Positions 1 to 8,617 of a stretch of DNA of 41,536 bases are shown one piece after another. The notes beneath the pieces are model-generated. The model ran no database searches and was not told the origin of the DNA. It saw only the letters and a program-made list of their open reading frames with translations. Numbering within the stretch: the stretch's first letter is position 1; each line of letters opens with the position of its first letter. Origin of the DNA: a plasmid. The DNA lies in the sequence record NZ_CP140119.1; one strand, written 5' to 3'. Position numbers and translations under genes: made by a program.

Positions 1-128
1 TAAGAAGCTCCATGAATATGTCTGTGTTGCTATAAGTCTCCTCCCATAGAAAACGCAATAATGTATTTACCTTTTCAGCCCTTCGGGCTAAACGCTCCGC
101 ATTGGTTTTAATTAGCATTTGTCTCTCA

Positions 129-1910
129 CTAAATTGGGGAGTCTTCGAGGTCTTCCGTTTTCTCGTCAGATTTTTTTGTTATCTGAATTGGATTGCTCAT
201 TTCAGCCTGAGGCTCTTGTTGCGGGACTGAATAAACTTCCAAAGGCTGCTTACTGACCCTGACGGGGGAGATCAATGCCGCTGCTGGTAGATTTCCCGTT
301 GTGAACACGAAACTCACAAAGGGGGGCAGACTTAGCAGCATATTGCTGTCGATAAAGTAGCGTTCTGCCTGTCTGATCGTGCGCCGGTCGTCCACTACCT
401 CCGTTAGCATTTCTGTTATCTCTGCCGTGCGGGTTTCATCATCAACAAGGATGGTGCCACTCATTTTTGATATCCACTCGGCGGTATCCGGGTCTTGCAG
501 TTTATAAACAAGTTTGAATTTCGCGTTTTCCACTACCGCCCCGACCACTGCATCGCCGTTTAAATCTGCCGGACAGTCCCTCAAGTCTGCGATAGATTGG
601 TGGGCCATGATGATATGCACCCCTTTATCACGGGCAGCGCCAAGCCCTTCCAGGGCAGGCCGTGATAAATGGTATTTAAGTTCATCTAGGAAAATGGCAA
701 TAGGGCGAGGGCTGCTATTTATCCGGTCGCGTAGTTCGGCTAATTGCAGCAAGCGCACCAGGATCATCCGTTGCGCGGCAATGACCTTGCTATTACGCAT
801 CGAGCCAATGACATAACAGCAACCACCTTCATCAAAGATAGTTTTTAAGGATAAGCCCTCACTGGCGTTAATTGAGTTGAGTAGCGATAGCTCCTCAATT
901 TTCCCATAAAAGCCTTTGATGGTATCAAAGATGCTCTGCACATATTCCGTGTTGAACAACTCCCGCAGCGTTGCTGTCGGGTTGTCCTCAATAAGTTGCG
1001 CTGTTGCTCGGGCAGCTCGACGGTCATCAATGCGGTAGAAGTCAGCGGCCTCCCCCTTCTCTGCCAGGCTAAAACCGGCAATATATAACTCTTCCAGGTG
1101 TTCAGCATTGATATCTTTCAGCAGGTTTAATTGATACTCCTTTTTCCGCAAGTCAATTAAATAAAATGGTTTGCCCGCCTTTTCACAGGCGGCCTTAAAC
1201 AGGTGGGGGGCCCACTCGTCATCTTTAGGGTCCATCACAAACACACCTTCACCCGCCAATATGCTCTGATAAAGCAGCAGGCCAGAAGCAACCCCCTTAC
1301 CGGCACCAGTGGTGCCGATAATATCGGCGTGTTGTTTTTGCCAATCACTGACAGGAATGTATCTTGGTTTTCCTTGGTCATTTAGACCAATGAATATTCC
1401 TTTTGATAAATCAATGTATTCCGCTGGGTCATATTTCTCCGTGTCAGGCAAAAGCTCTTTTATCTGTCTCACATCGGTTCGCTGGTTTCGAGATAGCTTT
1501 GTCTTGACAGTGAGTTTGCTTTTTAACTTATCCAGCTCTGGTGTTAACACTCGTCGTAATGACAAGTGTGACACAATCCCAATGCCCATCATGATAAGCA
1601 GAAATGCCCAAGAAAAATGCTCCACTGTGACGGTTGTCATGCGTGAGGGTTGAAGGTTGTAAAGGGCAAGTAAACCATCAACGGTTAATGGCGATAATGT
1701 GCCAAAGAAAAAACAAAAAATTCCCAGTAATGCCATCGTTCTGGAAAACGCTGAAAGTGATTTGCCGTGTTCTTTTTTTCTAAAAAAAATAAACGGCAGT
1801 AACAACCCAGCGAATAAAGATAATGTCAGCTCAAATTGGAGAGTCCAATTTATGAGCGCGAAAAAGATATCGGCGAAATTGTATTTCGCCAATGCGGCTT
1901 GATTATTCAT
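129..1910 (-). CDS. Type IV secretion coupling protein (TraG/VirD4/TraD family T4CP)
   Basis: The listed ORF 129..2228 starts at a GTG, but the N-terminal 106 aa look like noncoding read-through. An internal ATG at 1910 (MNNQAAL...) has an upstream GAGGG RBS and begins with two or three TM helices. Walker A GTTGAGKGV and a Walker B-like IAIFLDE, and the conserved HQSIADL region typical of T4CPs. Confidence 0.85.
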   Translation of the reverse strand: MNNQAALAKYNFADIFFALINWTLQFELTLSLFAGLLLPFIFFRKKEHGKSLSAFSRTMALLGIFCFFFGTLSPLTVDGLLALYNLQPSRMTTVTVEHFSWAFLLIMMGIGIVSHLSLRRVLTPELDKLKSKLTVKTKLSRNQRTDVRQIKELLPDTEKYDPAEYIDLSKGIFIGLNDQGKPRYIPVSDWQKQHADIIGTTGAGKGVASGLLLYQSILAGEGVFVMDPKDDEWAPHLFKAACEKAGKPFYLIDLRKKEYQLNLLKDINAEHLEELYIAGFSLAEKGEAADFYRIDDRRAARATAQLIEDNPTATLRELFNTEYVQSIFDTIKGFYGKIEELSLLNSINASEGLSLKTIFDEGGCCYVIGSMRNSKVIAAQRMILVRLLQLAELRDRINSSPRPIAIFLDELKYHLSRPALEGLGAARDKGVHIIMAHQSIADLRDCPADLNGDAVVGAVVENAKFKLVYKLQDPDTAEWISKMSGTILVDDETRTAEITEMLTEVVDDRRTIRQAERYFIDSNMLLSLPPFVSFVFTTGNLPAAALISPVRVSKQPLEVYSVPQQEPQAEMSNPIQITKKSDEKTEDLEDSPI

Positions 1911-1930
1911 TCGTCCCTCTGAATTTTGCG

Positions 1931-2005
1931 CTCGGCACGTAAGCTCGGCACGCAGTCTCGGCACATGGTATGTGCCGAGCGCGTGTGCCGAGAGGATGTG
2001 CCGAG
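1931..2005. repeat. Symmetric array of six 8-mers: 3x CTCGGCAC (1931, 1944, 1957) then 3x GTGCCGAG (1972, 1985, 1998) at 13-bp spacing around a CACATGGTATGTG centre
   Basis: Read directly from the sequence. Octamers are perfectly conserved while the 5-bp spacers differ. The array sits 20 bp upstream of the T4CP start codon. Confidence 0.8.
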
Positions 2006-2520
2006 GAATGGTGATCGCGTTGCGATCATGCCCGTTGCTTGCGCCTGGAAAACTGCGTTTCCCCGTCACAAGCAGGGCCACTGAGTGTGCCATTTCGCGC
2101 GGGCTGGACGCCCTTACTCCATGGCACTGTGGTTGCTGGTCCGGCTGGACGCCGGACACTGCAACCACAAGGTCAAAAGAAGGCACACCGTCTTGCGCTA
2201 CGCGCGACCACCCCCTTTGAGACGCCACTTTTAGCCAAATATTTTTCCCGTCGCTTCGCTCTGGTCGAATATTTGGAAAGTTGGCTTCAAAGAGGGTGGT
2301 CTCGCGTCCGGCAAAAAGACGCCTATCGCAAGACGGTGTGCGGGGCTACGCCCCCCAAACCAAAAATCGCTCGCTGGGGCGAGCTTGCTGCGCTGGGGCT
2401 TGCATTTTGGTTCGGCTCCCCCCGGCTGCTGCAATTTCCGCTCCGCGTAAATGTTTGCAGTGAGGCGCGGGATACAGAAGCCTAACAATCTCTTCGAGAT
2501 TGAGCCTTCTGGCCGCGACT

Positions 2521-2582
2521 CACTTTTTATTTTGTCGTGTTAACAATCGCTCCTCGCGATTGAACTCGACAAAATAAAAAGC
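2521..2582. repeat. Large nested perfect inverted repeat
   Basis: Outer arms CTTTTTATTTTGTCG / CGACAAAATAAAAAG. Inner arms CAATCGC / GCGATTG. Lies downstream of the hns-like gene and upstream of the GC-rich block. Confidence 0.75.
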
Positions 2583-2683
2583 CTAAAAGATCCACGCCCT
2601 GCGCGGAACTCGCCCAATCGCTTCGCTCTTGCCCCGCCCTTCGGGCCCCGTTGGGGTTCCTTGCTAAAGACAAAGCCAAAAAC

Positions 2684-3085
2684 TCAAGCCGAGCCAAGAA
2701 TAAGAAAGTCGGCCAGGGTGCCGCCTTGAGATATCGCCTTGGCTATTGGCGCTGGCATTCTGCCCTGGCCTGTCCAGCCCAGCTCTTTACCGTCTTTGAA
2801 ATAACGGTATTTCGCGGGCTTTGGTGTGCGCTTGCTTGGCGCGCTTTCACCAATAAGCTCGCTGGGGTCAATTCCGGCATTCAGCATCATTGCTTTAATT
2901 GATTCGAGCTTTTCAGATCGTTCAGCTTGCGCTGCGCTTATCTTCCGTTCTTCTTCTCTTTTTTCATCAATAATCGCAATCAGCTTGTATGAAACCTCTT
3001 CAAGCTGAGCGGCGGTGAGATCTTTACACGCCGCTCGCAAGCTGCGGCCATTGAGAAAAATACGCAAGAAATCACTTGTCATCAT
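2684..3085 (-). CDS. hns: H-NS family nucleoid-associated protein (plasmid-encoded H-NS/StpA/Sfh-like)
   Basis: N-terminal coiled-coil region and C-terminal DNA-binding region with GWTGQGRMPAPI (H-NS TWTGQGRTP motif) and PAKYRY. About 133 aa. Confidence 0.85.
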   Translation of the reverse strand: MMTSDFLRIFLNGRSLRAACKDLTAAQLEEVSYKLIAIIDEKREEERKISAAQAERSEKLESIKAMMLNAGIDPSELIGESAPSKRTPKPAKYRYFKDGKELGWTGQGRMPAPIAKAISQGGTLADFLILGSA

Positions 3086-3173
3086 AGGGAACCCCTGAGT
3101 GGTTATTCGTGGTTTATTAAGTTTGCGGTTATATGTTACTATTAACTTCTGAATTTACAAAGGAGATATTGCT

Positions 3174-3518
3174 ATGCTTTCTATTTGGTTGGTAAAGCCA
3201 ATTGGCTATAAAATGCAAAAGGAATTAATTGCCGAGGTTCGCCGCGTAATTCCAATGAAGTGTTTCATCTTTGAGTTGCTTCGAGTGGTTAACCGCCTGA
3301 GCTTTTTGTTTTTCGTCGTTTGGTTTTTGTTTATGATGTTCATTCATTATTCCAGCAGCTATGACACATCCATATCTGGAATGCGTTCCATTGATATTGA
3401 TTTGTACAATATAGGCATTTCATTTGCTGCTGGAATGGCTGTAACGGCATTGGTGTGCAACGTTCTGTTAAAGGATATTAATGAAGCCTTGGCGAGTCTC
3501 TTAAAAAGAGACTGTTAA
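3174..3518 (+). CDS. Small integral membrane protein (hypothetical)
   Basis: Strong RBS AAAGGAGATATTGCT before the ATG. Two or three hydrophobic helices. AT-rich. Divergent from hns. Confidence 0.45.
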   Translation: MLSIWLVKPIGYKMQKELIAEVRRVIPMKCFIFELLRVVNRLSFLFFVVWFLFMMFIHYSSSYDTSISGMRSIDIDLYNIGISFAAGMAVTALVCNVLLKDINEALASLLKRDC

Positions 3519-4024
3519 TCATATAACCCATCAATATCAATGGTGGTGATTGCGAAATTTGTTGGCGATGTTGAGAAAGTATATTTACCCGTATACTTTC
3601 CAACATAACCATTTTTAAAACCCCTCTGCGTGTTGCCGGTGTTATAAATGGATAGCGCAACCAGCAATGCTGATTGAGCATTCCCCTCCAGCTGATAGGC
3701 GCGTTGGTAAGCGTCATGCAATATACGGCTGCCAGTCTTTATATTGGTGCATGGATCGAGCACAGAGGACAGCGTTACACCATAACGAGCGAAATTATTG
3801 CTGTTTATTTGCATGAAGCCAACATCAACGCTATAGCCTTTATCAATATATTGCTGGGCGATATCTATAGCCTCTTCTTTGCTTTTCGGCTTTCGTGGTA
3901 AAACCGCACCATTAATATTTAATGCAATCGGGTTTCCACCCGATTCAACCTCAATAATGCGCTGGAGCGTGCTGGGATGCACATCCTCAAAACAAGCCTG
4001 ATAGGGCGTAACATCAAATGCCAT
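3515..4024 (-). CDS. Lytic transglycosylase (Slt domain; VirB1/F-plasmid orf169-like)
   Basis: IIEVESGGNP motif carrying the catalytic Glu, and GFMQIN/YNTG motifs. 169 aa. Confidence 0.8.
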   Translation of the reverse strand: MAFDVTPYQACFEDVHPSTLQRIIEVESGGNPIALNINGAVLPRKPKSKEEAIDIAQQYIDKGYSVDVGFMQINSNNFARYGVTLSSVLDPCTNIKTGSRILHDAYQRAYQLEGNAQSALLVALSIYNTGNTQRGFKNGYVGKYTGKYTFSTSPTNFAITTIDIDGLYD

Positions 4025-4325
4025 GGTTCCCCCTGAGTGATAACCTGAGTTTGTTGGCCGCCAATAGACGGGATTCCGCTATTTGCTCTTGCTGATACCA
4101 GTGCCTGGCATCTTCAAATTCCATGTGACACTCTGCAATTGCAATCCTGATATCAGTAATTGTTTGTTGTACTCCATACTGATAGGCAGCAATGAGAGTA
4201 TCGTCTTCAATAATTTGCGCTGGCATTTCATCTAGCCTTATTCCAGCCGCCATGGATGACCACGCGGCGCTAGTCACGCCATCTTCATCAAGAATGACGT
4301 TATCCCATTCATCTGCATTTTCCAT
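4014..4325 (-). CDS. Hypothetical acidic protein, translationally coupled to the downstream transglycosylase
   Basis: 11-nt overlap with the next gene. 103 aa and rich in D/E. No recognisable motif. Confidence 0.4.
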   Translation of the reverse strand: MENADEWDNVILDEDGVTSAAWSSMAAGIRLDEMPAQIIEDDTLIAAYQYGVQQTITDIRIAIAECHMEFEDARHWYQQEQIAESRLLAANKLRLSLRGNHGI

Positions 4326-4455
4326 ATATTCCCGCTCCTTAATTTGTCAGGCTGGAAAGGTTTATAAGTAAGCACTGATCTACCTGCTGTCGCGTACCTG
4401 GCGAACTGCCGTTCGTACCAGGTGCGGGCGCTCCAGGGCGCTTTTGTCATGGCTG

Positions 4456-4479
4456 TTTTTGTATTGTACAATACAAAAA
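4456..4479. promoter_or_regulatory. 24-bp perfect palindrome TTTTTGTATTGTACAATACAAAAA overlapping a TACAAT -10-like hexamer, about 5 bp upstream of the sprT-like start
   Basis: The reverse complement equals itself. Position is consistent with an operator occluding the promoter of the 4484 gene. Confidence 0.55.
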
Positions 4480-4483
4480 CAAG

Positions 4484-5308
4484 GTGCAATACATGAGGGC
4501 AACCACGATGGGGCAGGGGAAAAAGCCAGCGATCCAGGCGTATACCGAACTACAGCAAGCCTACGACTTCTTCAACGAGGCTCTGTTTGATCGGGTGCTG
4601 CCGGACATGCTGATCACGCTACAGCGTGGGAAAAACACGTTCGGCTACTTCGCGCCGGACAGATTCGCCGGCGAATCTAACGTATCCGAGCTGGCAATGA
4701 ACCCTGACTATTTTGGGGGCCGGTCGCTGGCCGATACCCTCTCCACACTGGCCCACGAAATGGTCCACGTATGGCAGTACCACACGCCAGACGTGAAGAA
4801 ATGCCGAGGCGGTTATCATGATCGAGTGTGGGGCGCAAAGATGGAGCAGATCGGCCTTATGCCCTCGAATACCGGCCAGCCCGGGGGGAAAAAAACCGGC
4901 CAGCAAATGACGCATTACGTCATTCGGGGTGGCCGGTTCCAGACGGCGGTTTACAACCTGCTTAAAAGTGGCTTTTCAATCTCATGGTACGATAAGTGGT
5001 CGCACGGCATAACTCCAATGTCGAAGGCGAACCGTGACATTCTGGATGACTGGTTGCGCGTTACCGACAACGAAGACAAGGAGCTGATCACCAAGCTGAC
5101 CAAAACGGTAAGCCAAAGAAATGATGGGGATGAAGACTCCCTATCGGTCGATCCAGATCCTGAACCACCGATCGAGATAAAACCGCCGCTAAAAGGGACG
5201 GGAACCAGGGCAAAATTCACCTGCCCAGGTTGCGGGCTCAACGCATGGGCCAAGCCGACTGCTCATCTGGTTTGTGGGGAATGTGCCGTAGACCTGGCCA
5301 GCGAGTAA
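4484..5308 (+). CDS. SprT-like zinc metallopeptidase domain protein with C-terminal zinc ribbon
   Basis: HEMVHVWQ (HExxH) in an SprT-like context (YDFFNEALF ... LAHEMVH). C-terminal CPGCG...CGEC four-Cys ribbon. Confidence 0.7.
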   Translation: MQYMRATTMGQGKKPAIQAYTELQQAYDFFNEALFDRVLPDMLITLQRGKNTFGYFAPDRFAGESNVSELAMNPDYFGGRSLADTLSTLAHEMVHVWQYHTPDVKKCRGGYHDRVWGAKMEQIGLMPSNTGQPGGKKTGQQMTHYVIRGGRFQTAVYNLLKSGFSISWYDKWSHGITPMSKANRDILDDWLRVTDNEDKELITKLTKTVSQRNDGDEDSLSVDPDPEPPIEIKPPLKGTGTRAKFTCPGCGLNAWAKPTAHLVCGECAVDLASE

Positions 5309-5376
5309 CTGGTCTCTTCATTCCTCATCATATCTTTAATTTGATTGTTCGTTATCTTGATTTGATTTGTAGGGCC

Positions 5377-5398
5377 CGCAACGCGGCGGGCCCTGTTC
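5377..5398 (+). terminator. GC-rich hairpin GGGCCCGC-AACG-CGGCGGGCCC after the sprT-like gene
   Basis: 8-bp perfect stem. No clear U-tract, so efficiency is uncertain. Confidence 0.35.
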
Positions 5399-5402
5399 AC
5401 TC

Positions 5403-5711
5403 TCAACGCCCTTTCTTGAGCTGTAATCTGCTGGGTGGCGGGGCATCACGGTAAAACTCCCCAGTGGGGAGGTGCATAGCGACCATTTCACCAGGCTCCA
5501 GCACCACTATGATGCTGTGGCCTCCTGCGTGAACCGGGCCGATTGCCTGGATATCCCACCCTTGGACTGTCGCCGGCGAAAGTTGGTACTCGATCTGCGA
5601 TTGCAGATCGCGAAGAACCCAGGTCTTTCGACCTGTGGTTCCTTGCTGGCTGATCACCTCAAACGCGGAGCGCAGCCCCTGGGGAAGTTCCTGAATAGTG
5701 GTGTGCATCAT
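5403..5711 (-). CDS. Hypothetical 102-aa protein coupled to topB
   Basis: Its ATGATGA start overlaps the topB stop (5708-5711). No known motif. Confidence 0.5.
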   Translation of the reverse strand: MMHTTIQELPQGLRSAFEVISQQGTTGRKTWVLRDLQSQIEYQLSPATVQGWDIQAIGPVHAGGHSIIVVLEPGEMVAMHLPTGEFYRDAPPPSRLQLKKGR

Positions 5712-7897
5712 GCTTTTTCCTTCTGCGGAAACTCGAAACTGATCTTGCCGCCTTCGCCCAGGACGAGCATCGCGTCAAACTTCTTGTTGGTTTTACTGCT
5801 GGTGAACCCCTTAATAAGGCCGGTCTTGCCTTTCGCGACCAGCGTTTCAAGCTGGTTATCGGTCAGGGTTTTACCCAACACGGTGCGCCACACCTTGAAG
5901 GTGCATTGAGTACATGCGCAAACCTTGGGGCCATTGATGATGGCCGCCTTGCAACCAGGACAAGCCGCGGTCAGTCGCGCCAGCTGTCCTTTGGCCCCGC
6001 CGCTGGTCGGCTCTTGCTGCTCAATGGCCCCCAGTTCGACGCTGTTCACCTGCTTGGCGATGAACTCCTCCAGTTCGTCCAGGAAGGCGTCTACCGTCAG
6101 CTCGCCCGCCTCGATGCGGGTTTGCTGCTCATGCCACAGCGCCGTCATATCTGGCGTGGTGGCAATGTCCGGCAGCGCCTGGATGAACTGGAGCCCAAGG
6201 TCGGTCGGGATCAGCTTTTTCTTCTCTACGCTGTAGAACCCCCGTTTTTGCAGGGTTTCCAGCATGGCCGCCCGCGTTGCCGGCGTGCCAATCCCTCCCT
6301 GTTCACCATCTTTGCCGGCATCCTTGTCTTTGAGCAGCTGCTTGATCGCCGGGTCTTTCACGTATTTGGCAACCCGTTGCAGGTCCTTGAGTAGGGTGGC
6401 TTCGGTATAGAGCGGGAGCGGCTTGGTTTTTTCCTTGGCGATATCGACCGCCTGGCATTCACCTGCTTGACCCTGCTTTAAGGCGCTCAGTGCTTCAAAA
6501 ACGCCTTCCAGCTTTTCAAGCTCGTTATCGTCCTCTCCATCCTCAGGTTCATCGCTTTGCCCGAGGAGTGCCGTCCAGCCCGCCTGAGTCGTTTTGGTTG
6601 CACTGGCAGTGAACTGGTGCCCGCTGACTTCAAACCCGGCTTTGACCTGCTGGTAACGCTTCTCTGGCAGGAATTGGGCAAGATATTGCTCTGCAATGGC
6701 CTGATAGACCTTGCGCTCATCCGCACTCATGTTGGCAAGGGTCGGTTGAGTGGATGTTGGGATGATCGCGGTGTGAGCTGTTACCTTGCGGTCATCAAAG
6801 GCCCGCCCCTTCTTGGATGGGTCTACCTGGCTATGGCTGGTCCAGTCCGGAAAGATGGAGGCCAACATACCCAGAGTCGCCGGCGCATCAGCATGTTGAT
6901 CGCTGGAGAGATAGCTACAATCCGAGCGGTTGTAGGTGATGGCTTTGTGCTTCTCACGCAGTGACTGGGTGAGGTCCAGGGTCTGCTGGGCAGATAAGCC
7001 ATGCAGTTTACTCATCTTGGCTTGCAGGTCGAGCAAGGAGAACGGCAGCGGGGCTTGAGTCGTTTTGTCTTCGAGCGAGATATTTGCCACCGTGGCGGGT
7101 TGTCCGGTGCAAGCGCTGCTCACCGCTTTGGCGTATGCCTCCTCGATGATCCGGCCCTTGTCGTCAGTCGGTGCGTCCTGCTGTACCACATAGCGCCCTT
7201 TGAACGGATTGCCACTGAGGTTAAAGCGTCCTTGCAGGCTAAAGAAATGCGCCGCGTTGTGATTCTGGTTAGCGAGATAGCGGGCCACTATCAGGCCAAG
7301 AATGGGGGTCTGAACTCGTCCCACACTCAGCACCGTCTTGAGCCCTTTCTCTCGCCCCGCGAGAGTGTAGGCGCGGCTCATGTTGAAACCATAGAGCTGA
7401 TCGCCAATGCTCCTGGCCCGCGCTTTCTCGGACAGGCCAAAGAACTTGCTGTTCTCCTGGAGCTTGCCCAGGGCCTTGCGTGCGGCATCGGCGTTAAGGT
7501 CGTTAATCAGCACACGCTTTACCGGCTTGGTGTTATTGCAGTAGGTCAGCACTTCGTCTACCAGGAGCTGGCCTTCGTCGTCCGGATCGCCGGCATGAAC
7601 AATTTCACTGGCTTCACCGATAAGGCGTTGCACCACCTTGAACTGGGACAAGGTGCCCTCTTTGGGCTGGTACTTGGCCGGGCGCAGCTTGAGTGGCAAG
7701 TGCGCAGCATCCCATTTGGCATAGTCGGGGTTGTGCGCCTCCGGAGGCGCCAGTTCGAGAATGTGACCAACGCACCAGGTCACCGCGTCAGAGCCGCACA
7801 GTATGTAGCCATCTTGGCGTTTGGGATTGCCCAGGGCTTCGGCGATCACCTTGGCGAGAGCGGGTTTTTCGGCAATAAACAGTCGTTGAATAGACAT
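5708..7897 (-). CDS. topB: DNA topoisomerase III
   Basis: The listed ORF extends to 8062, but the ATG at 7897 (MSIQRLFIAEKP) has an AGGAG RBS and matches the canonical topo IA N-terminus. Toprim and topo-IA core motifs. C-terminal CPGCK...CxxC zinc ribbon as in plasmid TopB/TraE. Confidence 0.9.
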   Translation of the reverse strand: MSIQRLFIAEKPALAKVIAEALGNPKRQDGYILCGSDAVTWCVGHILELAPPEAHNPDYAKWDAAHLPLKLRPAKYQPKEGTLSQFKVVQRLIGEASEIVHAGDPDDEGQLLVDEVLTYCNNTKPVKRVLINDLNADAARKALGKLQENSKFFGLSEKARARSIGDQLYGFNMSRAYTLAGREKGLKTVLSVGRVQTPILGLIVARYLANQNHNAAHFFSLQGRFNLSGNPFKGRYVVQQDAPTDDKGRIIEEAYAKAVSSACTGQPATVANISLEDKTTQAPLPFSLLDLQAKMSKLHGLSAQQTLDLTQSLREKHKAITYNRSDCSYLSSDQHADAPATLGMLASIFPDWTSHSQVDPSKKGRAFDDRKVTAHTAIIPTSTQPTLANMSADERKVYQAIAEQYLAQFLPEKRYQQVKAGFEVSGHQFTASATKTTQAGWTALLGQSDEPEDGEDDNELEKLEGVFEALSALKQGQAGECQAVDIAKEKTKPLPLYTEATLLKDLQRVAKYVKDPAIKQLLKDKDAGKDGEQGGIGTPATRAAMLETLQKRGFYSVEKKKLIPTDLGLQFIQALPDIATTPDMTALWHEQQTRIEAGELTVDAFLDELEEFIAKQVNSVELGAIEQQEPTSGGAKGQLARLTAACPGCKAAIINGPKVCACTQCTFKVWRTVLGKTLTDNQLETLVAKGKTGLIKGFTSSKTNKKFDAMLVLGEGGKISFEFPQKEKA

Positions 7898-8129
7898 AGG
7901 GACTCCTTGAGCGAGTTGAACGGGTTTCAAATTCGCGTTTTGATTGTTCGTGATTGAGATTTGATTTTTCAGGTATGGCCCACAAGGGAGCTTGGCCCCC
8001 TGGAGTGAGCCCAGCGGAGCGAAAACGTACGCTAGCGCGCCCGGAGCGGGCGGCCAGGACACGATGAAACAGAGCGAGAGTTAAGAAAGCGGACAATAAA
8101 GCACGTTAAGAGGGGCTTGGTGCCAGGAA

Positions 8130-8615
8130 CTACAGGCGTGGAGGGATTGGCATCCATTCTTTCACGTCTTCGGCCAGCTCTTCGAGCTTGCTAGCCGGTA
8201 CGCGCCACAAGATCGTTCCGTTTTTAAGCTCAATATTCACGTTTGTGGCATCAACCTGCTGCCCAAAATATGGCTTCCATGGGTTATTAGCTTGCATTTC
8301 TAAATACTCAGCCTCATAACGAGCATATTCTTCGGAATCTAGCTCCATATTCTTTGCTGTTTGTTTAAAGGTAATCACAAAAAGAACAACTAAAAACAAA
8401 CCGACATACGGCCATGAACTCGTGGTTTTGATAAAATCAAATCCACCAGAAACAAAAATCACAAAATTAAACATAAACCCAGTGAGAAAACCAACCTCTT
8501 TTATGGTCCCTGCGGACGAAGCCCGCATCATTGATGGCGTATGCAAAAACAAAATAACAAATGGAAAAGTAATTGCTGCCTTAAAAAACACGTTAAGAAA
8601 CTTCATGTCAAACAC
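8130..8615 (-). CDS. Membrane protein (3 TM plus C-terminal soluble domain), hypothetical
   Basis: AT-rich ORF with hydrophobic helices. No motif recognised. Confidence 0.4.
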   Translation of the reverse strand: MFDMKFLNVFFKAAITFPFVILFLHTPSMMRASSAGTIKEVGFLTGFMFNFVIFVSGGFDFIKTTSSWPYVGLFLVVLFVITFKQTAKNMELDSEEYARYEAEYLEMQANNPWKPYFGQQVDATNVNIELKNGTILWRVPASKLEELAEDVKEWMPIPPRL

Positions 8616-8617
8616 CT

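Noticed and set aside
75-92. Hairpin AGCCCTTCGGGCT as terminator of the T4CP gene
   Set aside because: No U-tract on either strand. Too weak to call.
2039-2485. 148-aa plus-strand ORF (and 1972..2220, 2231..2488) in the GC-rich block
   Set aside because: Arg/Pro/Ala-rich composition typical of noncoding GC-rich DNA, with no RBS. The region is full of palindromes, so it is treated as structured noncoding DNA.
4456-4479. LexA (SOS) box
   Set aside because: Half-sites are TTGT/ACAA rather than the CTGT/ACAG required for enterobacterial LexA. Kept as a generic operator.
4274-4489. 71-aa minus-strand ORF
   Set aside because: It overlaps the promoter/operator region and the start of the 103-aa gene. 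No RBS.
7001-7957. 318-aa plus-strand ORF
   Set aside because: It is an antisense shadow ORF entirely within topB, with Gly/Arg/Leu-rich low-complexity translation.
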